The translations under genes and the position numbers were made by a program. From the NCBI GenBank assembly GCA_907165135.1, contig OU015568.1, positions 16,875,208-16,939,207 of the forward strand: a stretch of DNA of 64,000 nt, in the 5' to 3' direction. How positions within the stretch are numbered: position 1 is the stretch's first letter; each line of letters starts with the position of its first letter. The notes below the pieces were generated by a model that worked only from the letters and a program-made list of their open reading frames with translations, searched no databases and was not told where the DNA came from. This document shows, one piece after another, positions 50,616 to 62,075 of the stretch. This stretch comes from Oikopleura dioica. Lineage: Eukaryota; Animalia; Chordata.

Positions 50616-50807
50616 TCTAAAATTGATAAGAGGGTCAGATACAGCATTTGATTTGGTAGGAAGATGTTTAGATAGTAATAACTACAATTGTTTACAGAAA
50701 AGAGTATTTATACGGAAATTGGCAGGAAGACATTACAGAAGACATAATTTGTAAATAGATTAATATGAATAGGTAAAAACATTCGGATTTTGGGTGATAA
50801 AGTTTGG

Positions 50808-52685
50808 TCAAGTTGATTTGCGCTTGTCGGAATTGCGGAAGTGGATCTTGACCGTAGCATAAATATGAGATAAAATGAACATTCCGTTGGCCGACCAGTG
50901 CCGGTTGTCGAACTCGATCGCGCAGCAGAGCATCAGAAGTACGAAGATGAAAAAATTAAAGAGACGGCGGTAGGAGAACCAGAAGATCATCAACCACACC
51001 TAGTTTTTAACTCATCTCTCTATCTTCCGGCGCTAGAAATACCTGAATAAGACACAGTACAAGAGTGCCTTTGAAGGTCAAAATGTGGAGATGCTCTTCG
51101 GCGTCTGTGTGTCGCTCTAAGTTCCATCTCTTCCACTGATGCGTCGCTATTTGATGTCCACGGGCGAAGCTCAACGCTCCAGCAACAAGGGCTGAAATCA
51201 TCGCGAAGACATCATGTACTGTTGGCGGCGGTAAACGGACGATACAACTGGAGGCAGTTCTGAATAGGTATTCAAGCTAGAATCAACCCTTTCAGATGAT
51301 TTTTCCGCTTACCTTGACTGTTGAAATTTTGATTGAAGAAGTTCAGTGCCCCGTTTTTTGCCCATTTCGAGTTTGATTTCTTTCGGCTGAATAATTTGCG
51401 GCTTGTTTTGCGAAAGAAACGACTCGGACTGCTTGAGTTCTTCATTGGAAAACTGGAGCACCGCCTTGTTGAATTTTCTTCGTAGACTTTCGACGACTGC
51501 ATCAAAATCGATGAAGGCAAATGGTCTTTTGGGAACAATAATGAGCTGTTCTAGAGAGAGTCCTACCTCTGGGCGGCGATGACTTTGTTCGGCTCATAAT
51601 GGGAAGAAAAGCTGTCAATGACGAGCTTGAGAAAACAAAAGGCCTCCGTCTGACTGGTTCTAGAATCGATCAAAACAACCACTGCGATCTCGCCATCGAC
51701 TTGCCAGCAGAGGTTGTAGCCTCGATTGTGGGCGGTGCAGGTGTTCTTGAATTCTCGCAATCGGGTTGAAACACCCTTTGTCAGTCGCTTACAGTCGATC
51801 AAAGCTAGACAAGAATTTTGAAGACATAAAAGAGAACATATTAATTTCTGGGAAATGCTTTACTTTTTCGGGGGAAGGCATCAAAAAAGCGATTTTGAGA
51901 AGACTTTTCTATAAGTGCTTGTATATAATTGCCATTGGAAATAATTGCAGATAACGAAACTACATAAATACAGAAGTCCATGATAGTTCCGACTCAATAG
52001 CTCTAATCTCAATAAAAAGCTGCAGATAGAAGCGCTTAACAATTTAAAAAGGCTCGTAAAATGAAATACGAGAACTTTGACGTCGAAGAAGAAAATCCAT
52101 CGTTCTTCTGGCGAAATACAAAGACAAGACCAAAAAGAGCAGCAGCATTTATAAGCTTTTTGATCATTATTTCAGCTTCAGCTGGCATTTATGCTCATTT
52201 ACTAAATGCTTCGAAGAAAGAAAAGCTTTGTGGAAGTCAACCATGTCAAAATTCTGGACATTGTGTAAGACCGTCAATCCGGTCAACTTCACGGGATACC
52301 ATGGGAAATATCGCGCGACCAAGAACCGAAAAATATGAGCCACAACCTAGATGTTCCTGTCTTCCCGGCTTTCGTGGAGAATTTTGCGAAAAAACGCCCT
52401 GCACCGAAAATCTTTGTCAAAATGGCGGAACATGTACTCTCAGGCTTTCGAAATGGGGAACGAAGTCTTTAACTGTTTCTCATTGCCTATGCACCCCTGA
52501 CTTTTATGGCACATATTGCGACTATGCTGTTCTAGTAAATACTTCGGCTTCCTGTACAACTGTAATAGCTTGAGATCAAATTATATTGCAGATCTAATAA
52601 TCCTACCTTTATCCTGACTGTACTCAGTCGAAGCAGCAATCGGCAGCCCATCCGAAGCTCTGTACAACGAAACCGAAATTATCAT
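50808..52685 (-). CDS. SEC22: SEC22A/C-like longin-domain multi-pass membrane protein
   Basis: Exon 1 MIISVSLYRASDGLPIAASTEY (52685-52607); longin ..AFCFLKLVIDSF..QRPFAFIDFD; several hydrophobic C-terminal segments; no clear SNARE coil seen. Confidence 0.8.
52061..52573 (+). CDS. Intronless type II membrane protein with two EGF-like domains, nested antisense in SEC22 intron 1
   Basis: TM AAAFISFLIIISASAGIYAHLL; EGF1 CGSQPCQNSGHC..CSCLPGFRGEFC; EGF2 CTENLCQNGGTC..CLCTPDFYGTYC. Confidence 0.8.
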   Translation: MKYENFDVEEENPSFFWRNTKTRPKRAAAFISFLIIISASAGIYAHLLNASKKEKLCGSQPCQNSGHCVRPSIRSTSRDTMGNIARPRTEKYEPQPRCSCLPGFRGEFCEKTPCTENLCQNGGTCTLRLSKWGTKSLTVSHCLCTPDFYGTYCDYAVLVNTSASCTTVIA

Positions 52686-53257
52686 AACCGGCGCGGAAAC
52701 ATCTGAAATTTTTTTTGCGTTAAAACAGTCAAAACTCAATTTTGATACACATTACATTGTGTCAAAATAAGAAAAAATCAGGCAGAAAATATTTAAAAGG
52801 GATTATATATATAATTTTCAAAAACGGCAGATTCATAGTAGGTAAACGTCTGGTAACAAAAAAAAACAGTATAATTTCTTAAAGCGAAAACTTTTTTGGT
52901 GAAACTTGTATTTTGTTTGGTGAATTTTTTAAAATATATTTTTTTTTCTAAAATCTCTTTCTAAACCAACACGGATTGAGCTGGGCAACGAGGAATTAAT
53001 GAAAATAGTAGAAAATTAAAATCGAATAGGCTATAAGTATTTTAATTCATTTTTTGATGATGCGAATAATTTATATTTTTCGAGTTATTGCACCTGTGAA
53101 TTGGCAGAGTTTTATTTAGTTGTATATTTCGGGCTGGAGGCTCAAAGCGACAAAGGCTTGCGACAAAATTTGCGTAGGCCTTTATTCAGCTGCTTATTGG
53201 TTGGTCCAGCGAATACAGACTTCTGATTGGCTACTTAGATTCCACAAAATTTGGTAA

Positions 53258-53729
53258 CCGGTGAAAATAATTCGTTGGAACGAATAAAACAGGTTTTTTT
53301 TTATACTGACGCAAATTGGTGGAGCGTTTTTGAATACCTTCAACTCAACAAACCTGTTTAATTCGTTTTCCTAACGAATAATTCGTTACATACCGAATGA
53401 TTCGTTGTTTCCAACGAATGATTCGTTTTTTAAAACGAATAACTCGTTTGTTTTTGTTTTCAAGCCTGACCCTAACCCTAACCCATAAACCTAACCCTAA
53501 CCCTAACCTAGCATAATCACTACCTAACTGCTTAAATCAGGGTATATATGCGCTCCGCGCCTGATTTCAGAGATAAGCTCCTTTTTGAGTATGCTGTCTT
53601 TCTTTCAGCCGCGCCTGTAGTCAGTTTTTTTTGTAGTCAGAACCTAGCGGGAGGACAGCCTTTCGGTAACCCTAACGAATTATTCGTTAGGGCAACGAAT
53701 AATTCGTTGCAACGAATTATTTTCACCGG
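53258..53729. mobile_element. TIR element with AACGAATAATTCGTT repeats and an internal (CCCTAA)n tract, nested in a GCGACAAAATTTGCG-family repeat
   Basis: CCGGTGAAAATAATTCGTTG and CAACGAATTATTTTCACCGG termini; host arms at about 53147-53180 and 53817-53850. Confidence 0.7.
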
Positions 53730-53934
53730 CGACGCAAAATTTGCCATATTTTCTGGAAATTATTAACTAACCAGAAGTCTGTATTTTGCGAACTGGGCAA
53801 TGGGCAGTCAAATAGACGCCTACGCAAATTTTGTCGCAAGATTTTTGTCGGGTTGTGTCTCAAGTCCGTTTTTTATGATAATAAGGTATCGAGGTTGATT
53901 TGGGGCTATGAATTCTAAAAGAACAAGTGTGATG

Positions 53935-56278
53935 TCACTTTGATATGGAAATTAGCGTGGAAGGCGTGTGTTCCAAAATCGCCGCCCTCAGCGTCTCCAA
54001 AAAAGGGATGATGCGGTGGTCTTCGTAGCACAGGTTCAGGAGCGAGCTCGTGTCGCTGCTTCTGGCGAGCGCTAGTTTGTACTGAAAGAGCTTCCCGTCG
54101 AAGAAGTTCCAAGGATAAGTGTACTCGGGAGGCAGTGGTTGGCCGCAGATGTCGTTGGCGAACGATGCGTGTTCGCAGCATCGGATAAACATGGAACTCA
54201 GGGCGACGCCTCGATCCGTCAAAGCGGGGTCTAGCTTTGATGTCATCGCTACAAATATTGTTAGTTAGCGAATAACAACTGCCAAAAAAGCTTGGATCCC
54301 ATTTTCAGTTCTACTCACCAACATTACGTAGATTTGGCGACAAGATAACAGACAGGAAGACATTAATGTCCATCAGTCGTAAAAGACTTCCTGGCTGCTG
54401 ATTCAAGTATCGTAAAACGATCAATGGAATTACTAGGTTTGGCTGGAGCTCGGCGAAAAAGGGAGTATCGCTGAGAAATGTGGAAATGAGCGCTCGGACT
54501 CGGCGATTGTAGTCTGTCGGCCGCCGCGAAAGCCACAACACTTTTAAATCCGGCGTTTTCCATGTTTCGATCGGAAGGGCTCGCACCAGTTTCGGTACTC
54601 GATTGTTTGGATGCCACTCCCTAGAAAAGGCTAGAATGATAGAAGGAGGCGGTGGCTTACCGAATGAGAATGGGGTCCATCTTTCTCTTCTTTCTGTATT
54701 CCTTCTGTATTGAAGAAGATATCGAGAAGAGGATTCCGTAAAGAATCTGTCGTAGAGGCTTTGTTACTTCTAGCGAGCGCACTAGATATTTCCTGTGGAC
54801 GAGATCCTCCAGTGCGCCGGTAAAGAAGACCTCTCCATTTGACAGTAAAGGCTAGAAAAAGTAGTTAGGAAGGAAAGCAGGCGCTATGATTACATAGATC
54901 CAGGGGTGGAGCTGTCCAGAAGTATGAAGCTCTTGAGCAATTTTGAGAATGTTTTTCTTTGGCGGAGGTAGTTTCGCGCTCCACTCGGGCTTCGTTTGGA
55001 AAATGTCGGAAACGAGGCGGATTTTCTCCGCTTTTTCGCTTTTCACTTCGACCTTTGGGGCTGCTCCGGCTTTGTGGGCGTCCTTCTTGCTCGCTGGCTT
55101 CGTCACTTGGAGATTGGCGCAGCTGAAGAAGTCGAAGGCAGATCGGAATTTCTCCGATTTGGATTTGTGGTCGGAGTGAGTCCAGAACTCGGCTATTTTG
55201 GCAATTATGGAATTACAGACGTTCGTTTCGTCGTGCTTCTTTACAAAATTCAACAGGCCGCTTATGTACATCTGGGAGGCCGTCCAGTCTTGGTGCTTCT
55301 GCCAATTACAGTCAGTTTAAAATCAGATGAGCGTTCTATTAACCTGTAGATATTCTGGATCAACGATGGTCATGATTTCATGCCTCGGGAGAATATGGTT
55401 GCCAGAGAGCGCCAGAAGCGCATATTTCTGCGCTGACGAAAGTTGAAGTTGGGTGCTCAGTTCAGCCAGGTCGATTCTAGAGCACCTGATGCTCGTTGAT
55501 TCGCAGTCGAGGCGAAAGTTGGATGCTGATAGCAATTTGATTGAGTTAGGTAATTTCGGATTGAATATGTAATACTGAAAAGAAGGTGTTAAAAGCGAGC
55601 TTCAGATTCTTGCTCTTACTTTGTCGCTGGTCACAAAAGCAGAATGCGGATGGGTTAATAGATATTCGAGCATTTCATTGCGATGGTTAACACTTGAGGT
55701 ATAAGTTTGGAAGCCGTAAAGCCTCAGAGCCCCTGAATTTTTGATTAAATTTCAAGAATAACAGCTTGCTTAACCTTTCAAGGACTGTTGCAGAGTAGGA
55801 GGATGGATAAACCAAGCTCTGGGGGGCGGAGTTCCCTTCCGTTGAATGTGGTTCCAGATCCGGCTTACGTTGTCATTTACTCGCTTGTTTACTGCATTCC
55901 AATCGTAGTAGCGCGAAATCTGAAATGGCAATTTGAAAACTCTTTCGTATCTTGCAGATCTTACATCAGCAGTTCCGTCAAAAAAGAAGACGAATTCGAT
56001 ATTTTTCTGATTGGCGACGGCTCTAATCAGCGACAAATGTACAACCATCTCGTTCCATTGCCCACCACATGACCAGTCCACGAATTTCGAGCCATACAAG
56101 CGGCTGAGGCAGCAATCGACATCGATGACAACACTGATTATCAATATATAAACGAGGCGAGAGTCGTTTTATCTTACTGTTTATGGCGGCGATTTGCGAA
56201 TAATCCTCCTAGCTGGATATCGATAAAGCATTTCGGAAAGAGCTTCTCGAGATTTTCATATAAATCATCCGGAATCAT
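53935..56278 (-). CDS. FAM120: FAM120 family (PIN-like, constitutive coactivator of PPARG-like)
   Basis: VVIDVDCCLSRLYG..DWSCGGQW; FVFFFDG; KGTPPPRAWFIHP; ALLALSGNHIL; NDICGQP..PWNFFDGKLFQ. The ATG (56278) lies inside the TSD of the adjacent transposon. Confidence 0.88.
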
Positions 56279-56281
56279 AAC

Positions 56282-57086
56282 CTAGGTTCAACAAAATCGC
56301 CCGAAACCAAGATCGGGTTTTATCGGGTTTTTTAGGAGATCGGGTTTTGTTGGATCGGGTTTTGTTGGATTTTATCGGGTTTTTGTCGGGGCCGAAATCG
56401 GGTTTTTATCGGGTTTTTTGTCGGATTTTTGTCGGGTTTCCAACGAGCAAAAATTTAAAAAATCAAGTCAAAAGAAGGTCAAAAACTTGTCTTGGGCGGT
56501 TTTTCTTTGGTCAACGACAATTTTCGAGTATCATTTCTAATAATATTTAGATTTTTGTACATTTTCCCATTGTACATCTCCTTATACAATAAAAACGCCT
56601 GGTCTAATACGGTCAAATATGCCATGGGCTTGAAAATAGTGGGAGTCAACCTAAAAGACTGTTCTACTAAAGCCTTCAAGCTCAGGCGGTCTCTGAAATT
56701 CTGTCCTCGAAATGGATCGCCGATTGCCAGGGACATCGCCGAATTTCATTCTCTTGCCAGAAGATTATCTTTGGTAAGATTGATGTGAATGTCCTCTAGA
56801 GCTCGTTCTCTACCTTTTACCGGTTTCGGAGGCAGTTCTCATCTATTTCGAGTGCATTTTGAGTAAAAAAGGGCAAGGGAGGCTTTTCAGACCGACTGTG
56901 ATTGGCTGAAAAGGCAAGAAAAACCCGACGAAATTCCGACAAAATCCGACAAAAACCCGATCCTACGTCGGGTTTTGAAATTTTCAGGATCGGGTTTTGT
57001 AGGGTGAAAAACCCCGACAAAACCCGATAAATATCCGATCCGATATCGGGTTTTCCGGGCATCGGATTTCGATTTGTTGAACCTAG
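56282..57086. mobile_element. Non-autonomous 8-bp-TSD (hAT-like) transposon inserted on the FAM120 start codon
   Basis: TIR CTAGGTTCAACAAA(A)TCG; TSD ATCATAAC at 56274-56281 and 57087-57094; many subterminal TCGGGTTTT / AAAACCCGA repeats at both ends. Confidence 0.92.
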
Positions 57087-57289
57087 ATCATAACTCAGCC
57101 ATATCTGGACAAGAAACAGTTATTCTTCTGGTATTCTATCTTTATTGAAACAGGTTTTATTCTTTTAGAACAAGCGGACACTGTCTTTTGTATAATATCA
57201 TTAATGATGGTATGGCAAGCGGGTCAATTAAATAGTACATAAATAAGGGTTGAACGAGAGGAACACATGGAGTACATTCGAACGCGTAT

Positions 57290-58652
57290 TTATCGGTACA
57301 TGTCATTGAAGTGTCGACCGATGATTAATCTTCGAACTTCAGAAGTTCCGGCACCGATCTCGTAAAGTTTAGCGTCTCGGAGGAATCGACCAGTTGGATA
57401 ATCGTTAATGTAGCCATTTCCTAAATTGGTATAAGGGCGAGTCGATCTGGGCAATGGATACCTCCGAGGATTTGAATAGCGTCGAGGCAGACTTGGGTAG
57501 CTTTTTCAGCCGTGTAGAGAATGATGCCGGCACAATCGGCATTGTTGAAGTGGCCTTGATCAGCTGCTCGGGCGACTTGGTACAGGTACGATCTAAAAAG
57601 CAGCTGGTGGAAGCTATTTTCCTCAGTTTTTCTTACCGAGAAGCGCTCAAAGTAGTGTACATATCAGCAATCTTTCCCTGAAGAAGCTGGAACTTGGCGA
57701 TCGGCTGGCCAAACTGCTTTCGCTCGTGAGCATATGGGATGGCAACGTCGCAGGCCGCCTGCATGAGACCAACGGGGCCACCGGAAAGGACCAATCGTTC
57801 GAGATTCAAGCCAGACATCAGGACATAAGCACCTTGGCCGATGCCGCCGAGGATGTTGTCTTCGTGAACTGCGACGTTTTCAAAAACGAGTTCGCCAGTA
57901 GGGCTGAAAATTGAGTCAAAAGAGACTGAAAAAACGCTTTCTTACCTTCCCCGCATGCCGAGTTTGTCAAGACGCTGGGCGCAGTGGAATCCTTCCGCGT
58001 TTCCGTCGACGATGAAAGCGGTGATGCCATGAGCAGGCTTGGCATCCTGGTCGGTTCGGGCGTAGATGATCATGGTATCCGCCATTGGGCCGTTGGTGAT
58101 CCACATTTTCGTGCCGTTCAAGATCCAGTGATCGCCTTTCTTATCCGCTCGGATCTTCATCGACATGACGTCCGATCCGGAGCCGCTTTCAGACATGGCA
58201 AGGGCTCCGATGTGCTCACCAGAGATCAGTTTAGGCAGATACTTCTCTTTCTGCGCTTCGTTTCCATTTCTGACGATTTGGTTGATGCACAAGTTCGAGT
58301 GCGCACCGTAGGACAGAGCAATACCTCCAGCGATTCGACTCATTTCCTCCATGACAAGAGTATGCGCAAAGTAGCCCATGTCAGTACCTCCGTACTGCTC
58401 GGGAGCGGTGATGCCGTGGAGGCCCATTTCACCGCACTGGAGCCAGAACTTTCGGAAATCCTTAAAAACGTCGGTGCGGTCAGCTTCGTCGGCGTGCGGC
58501 TCGAGCTCGGCCTCGAAGAAGTTTCGGCACATGTTTCGCAGCTCGATTTGATCGTCAGTCAGACCGAAGAGGACGTCGTCGACGGGGATGCCGCCCAGTC
58601 GACGGGCTGGGACAGCAGCTTTGGTTGCAACTCGGAAAACGTTTCGCAGCAT
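57290..58652 (-). CDS. IVD: Isovaleryl-CoA dehydrogenase, mitochondrial
   Basis: [14 protein letters not shown]; [14 protein letters not shown]; [11 protein letters not shown]; [16 protein letters not shown]; [13 protein letters not shown]; [31 protein letters not shown]. Confidence 0.96.
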
Positions 58653-59440
58653 ACTGAAAAGGGAGTGGAATGAGTGGTATTGGAATCTACGCGGTTTATT
58701 AGTCCATGAAAGAAGATTTCTCTATGGATTGTTAGTTAAATTGAACGGTTTCGAAAGGAAAAGAAGGATAAGAAATAAGGTCAGCTGATGAGATTCAAGC
58801 CTAGAATCAAGGTCAAAAATATTGTAATGTCTGGAAGGGGCAAAAATGAAGGGAGGAATAAATTACGACAAGATTTGCGTGGGCGGCTTTTCGCCTGAAA
58901 ATAAGCTTTTTTACTGGCTCGGGATTGTCGCGCAAATTTTGTCGCTATTTTTCGTCGCTTCGAGAGTTAGGGGAGAAAAGTTGTACGGCTCTTTGTGGGT
59001 AGACTGCACCATGTGCATCTGCACAACAATTGGGTATATGAAGAATGAGTGGAAAGAATTCTCTTTGGATGATAAATTATTATAAATGAATAAGGAAAAT
59101 AAGGTTGAAATAGCACTAACTGAGGGAGTTTTTCTTTACGAATTTGATTTCTTTTTGTAAAATAAAGGCTTGTTTTGGAAGAAGCATTATCCTGATCTTT
59201 CTTCATATAAATAAAAGAGAATAAGAAAGGCTTGCGAGAAATAGCATATGAAGAGAAAACGATATTCATACAGATTTATATAGCAGAGTCTGAGACAAGA
59301 TGTGCATTACAGAAATTAATTTTTTTTCAGGACATATGACTTCTACGGTCATAGAAGGGCTGATAAGGCCAAAGGGTGTGTGTTTTTGGCACTTATCAAA
59401 ATACAAATAGAGTATTTCGTCATTAAATAAGCAACAGCAT

Positions 59441-61781
59441 TTAATTAAATATTCTGTTGGTCAAGCCATCCACTTTTGGATTCAGTGGCTGCTTAAAGTT
59501 GTCTAAATAAGCTGGAACGTAGTTTCGGTAGTCGTGCTCGTTTGTTTTCCAGTCCAAAAACGCTCTGAAGTCGACGTCTTTTTTCAAAATCCATTCCGCA
59601 AAATCTAATTTAAAATAAGTTCAACAATCGTCGTTAGTATGAAGAGCTTACTGTCATTAGGGCCGCAGAAATTGGGCAGCTCTTTGCCCTTAATTTTGTC
59701 GCTCTTTTTCTGGTCCTTTTCGGGCTTTCGCCAGTCGGGGTACTCGTGCTTCCAGCGTTCAATTTGATCAGCTTCGATCCACCCAGTGATGTCTTATTTA
59801 CAGTAATAATCTAACCCAATTGAATTCTGGATCTACCTTTAGTCATGAAGTAGCAAGTCTGATTTCTGGCTTTCTCTGGCTTCAGAATCGGCGAAGTGAT
59901 CCAACCAGTCGACATGTCTGGCTTCAAACATTCTTCCATTATTACTTGAGCTGCGTGAGTAATTCGGTCAACGATGGCATTTACTTTTTCTTCGCCAATT
60001 TTTCTCACTGAAAATTCTTTGTTACGTAACAGCATAAAGCGTTCACGCCCACCTTCTCGATCGAGCTTTCTCTGGAAATAATCGTAGAGGCGATAATCTG
60101 CCCAGTTGAAAGTTCTCAATCGTTTCTGGGAGTCTAAACTGATGGATCGTCCATCTGGCGTCATTCCGTTTAGCTAGAATTTGGTAAGAACTATTCAATG
60201 ATGAATCTTACTTTTAGATGCATAACGTCCTCAACAGACCAGCATAACTTCAACATAAGGACCGCCAAGGACCTGTCTAGATCTTCGAGAATGATCATGT
60301 GATCGAAATCTTGCTCAATCTCATGAATCCACGCATCGACCAGCTGGAAGCCTCTTTGATAAGGCATGCTGAGCAAGTAAGACGGGTAGCCAAAGAACAA
60401 GAACTGCGGATTGACGACGAACAAGTAAGCGGAATGAGCGTAGTGGAACGATTCCAAATACTCCCAAGGCTTTGTCAAGAACTGGTCCATTTCGCCGTAG
60501 AAATTGGCGTTTTTGTTGTCATCTGCGCCCCTATCTTCCTCTAAAAGGTGTTTTTTGAATATAATGATAGCTGAGAAACTCACCTTTCATGTCAGCTCGG
60601 ATTTTGACGCGCATTTCTTTAGTAAGACCGTTGTAGTACTTCCAAGAAGACATGAAGTTTGCTAAAGGATCTCGGAGAATACTGACTTTGAAGACGTCTT
60701 TTTCATGACTCGATCTACTGCTGTTCGATTGTACCTGAAAATACATTCAAGATGTGTTTTTTTTTTATCTGGGGTGGCAAAAATGTCAAAGTAGGAGGTT
60801 AAATAGGGTTATTGAGGCCCCTTTAGCTAATCAAAGACTGCTTCCCTCCCGGCTGGACTTGGCAGCCTGTGCAGAAAACCTGAGTCAGGGTATGAAAAAG
60901 CTTGAATACACTCTGACTCAGGTTTACTGCACTTATTGCCGAGCGAAGCCTCCAGGGAAATAGCCAGTAACTATCTCTACGTTTTGCCGAATCTAGGGAT
61001 ACAAACCTCATATGAACATAAGAAATGTCAAAGAGCGGACGATTTGGAATATCTCGACCCAGGAAGCAAAGATTCTCGTTGAAGGGAAGGTAACCATTTA
61101 AGAAAAACTAAACTTCGTTAACACAACTTTTGCGAAAAAACTCACCATAGCACCATTGTTACTCTCTCCCATCAAAAAGTTGTGTCCTTCTCGAGCAAAG
61201 CCGAAACGCATCAGAATGTTTGCAAATGTGGTTCCGCCAGTTTTCGACGTTTTTAAAAAGTAAACTGTTTCTTTTTTCGCGCAAGAGTCTTTGCCGAATT
61301 CGCCGATTTGCTCTTCAAGAGGGAGCTTTTTCCACCATCGCTGGGGGGAGGTGTCGTTGGAGGAAATGTATTGGTTCACGTATTTGATCTTTTCGACTTC
61401 GACGATCCTTTCGACTTCTTTTTGCTCAGAGTCAGGCAGGTTGTTTTGGAACTCTTCTAGCTCAGCGTGGATTGCATCTTTTCAACGGGTCTCGAAATGG
61501 TTGGAAAATAGGAATTTAGGGGCGGGAGACTTCTAATTCTGACCCTCTCCTGTAAGATCATCTTTAGTAAGAGCCTCTGGATTCGCCTCCAGAGACTTTT
61601 CGCTGAGCTCAAGCAAGTCCGCTTTAATCGCCTGAATTTCTTCAAGCAATTTAGGATAAATAGTGTCGGATAACGCCGAAGACTCTGAATTTTCGACAGC
61701 TTCGAACTCGACGAATTGGAAAGCCAACAAGCCGCATATTATCAGGAGGGAGATAAGTCCCGCTACAGTTGTGTTATTCAT
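59441..61781 (-). CDS. Galactose-3-O-sulfotransferase family type II membrane protein
   Basis: N-terminal TM; 5'-PSB VYFLKTSKTGGTT; 3'-PB SILRDP..SSWKYY; FDHMIILEDLDRSL..LCW; FNWADYRLYDYF. Confidence 0.88.
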
Positions 61782-62075
61782 TTTCGGATGTTTACGATTT
61801 CACCAGCTATCTAACTTTTCATTCTAAAGAATAAACGATTAGTCGTTTCCCCGTCTCTTTTGAACATCTGGACAGATAATAAAAAAAAGATAAAATTAAC
61901 GATTATATTTCCACTACTGACAATAGTTATAATTACCGCTTTGTTTTGACAACCAACTACTCATTCGACTCATCTAAACAACGAAATCCTTCAATAAACA
62001 AGCAAAATCTCCTTTATCCCTCAAGAATTAAAAAATATCATTTTAGAAAGTTCGGTCATTGAATTGTCTTTGGAC

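Noticed and set aside
56479-56788. ORFs inside the FAM120-associated element as a transposase
   Set aside because: Short and stop-interrupted, with no convincing DDE or hAT dimerisation motif; left as unidentified cargo.
58846-59085. Plus-strand 79-aa ORF between IVD and GAL3ST
   Set aside because: Much of it overlaps a palindromic repeat; no motif or splice support.
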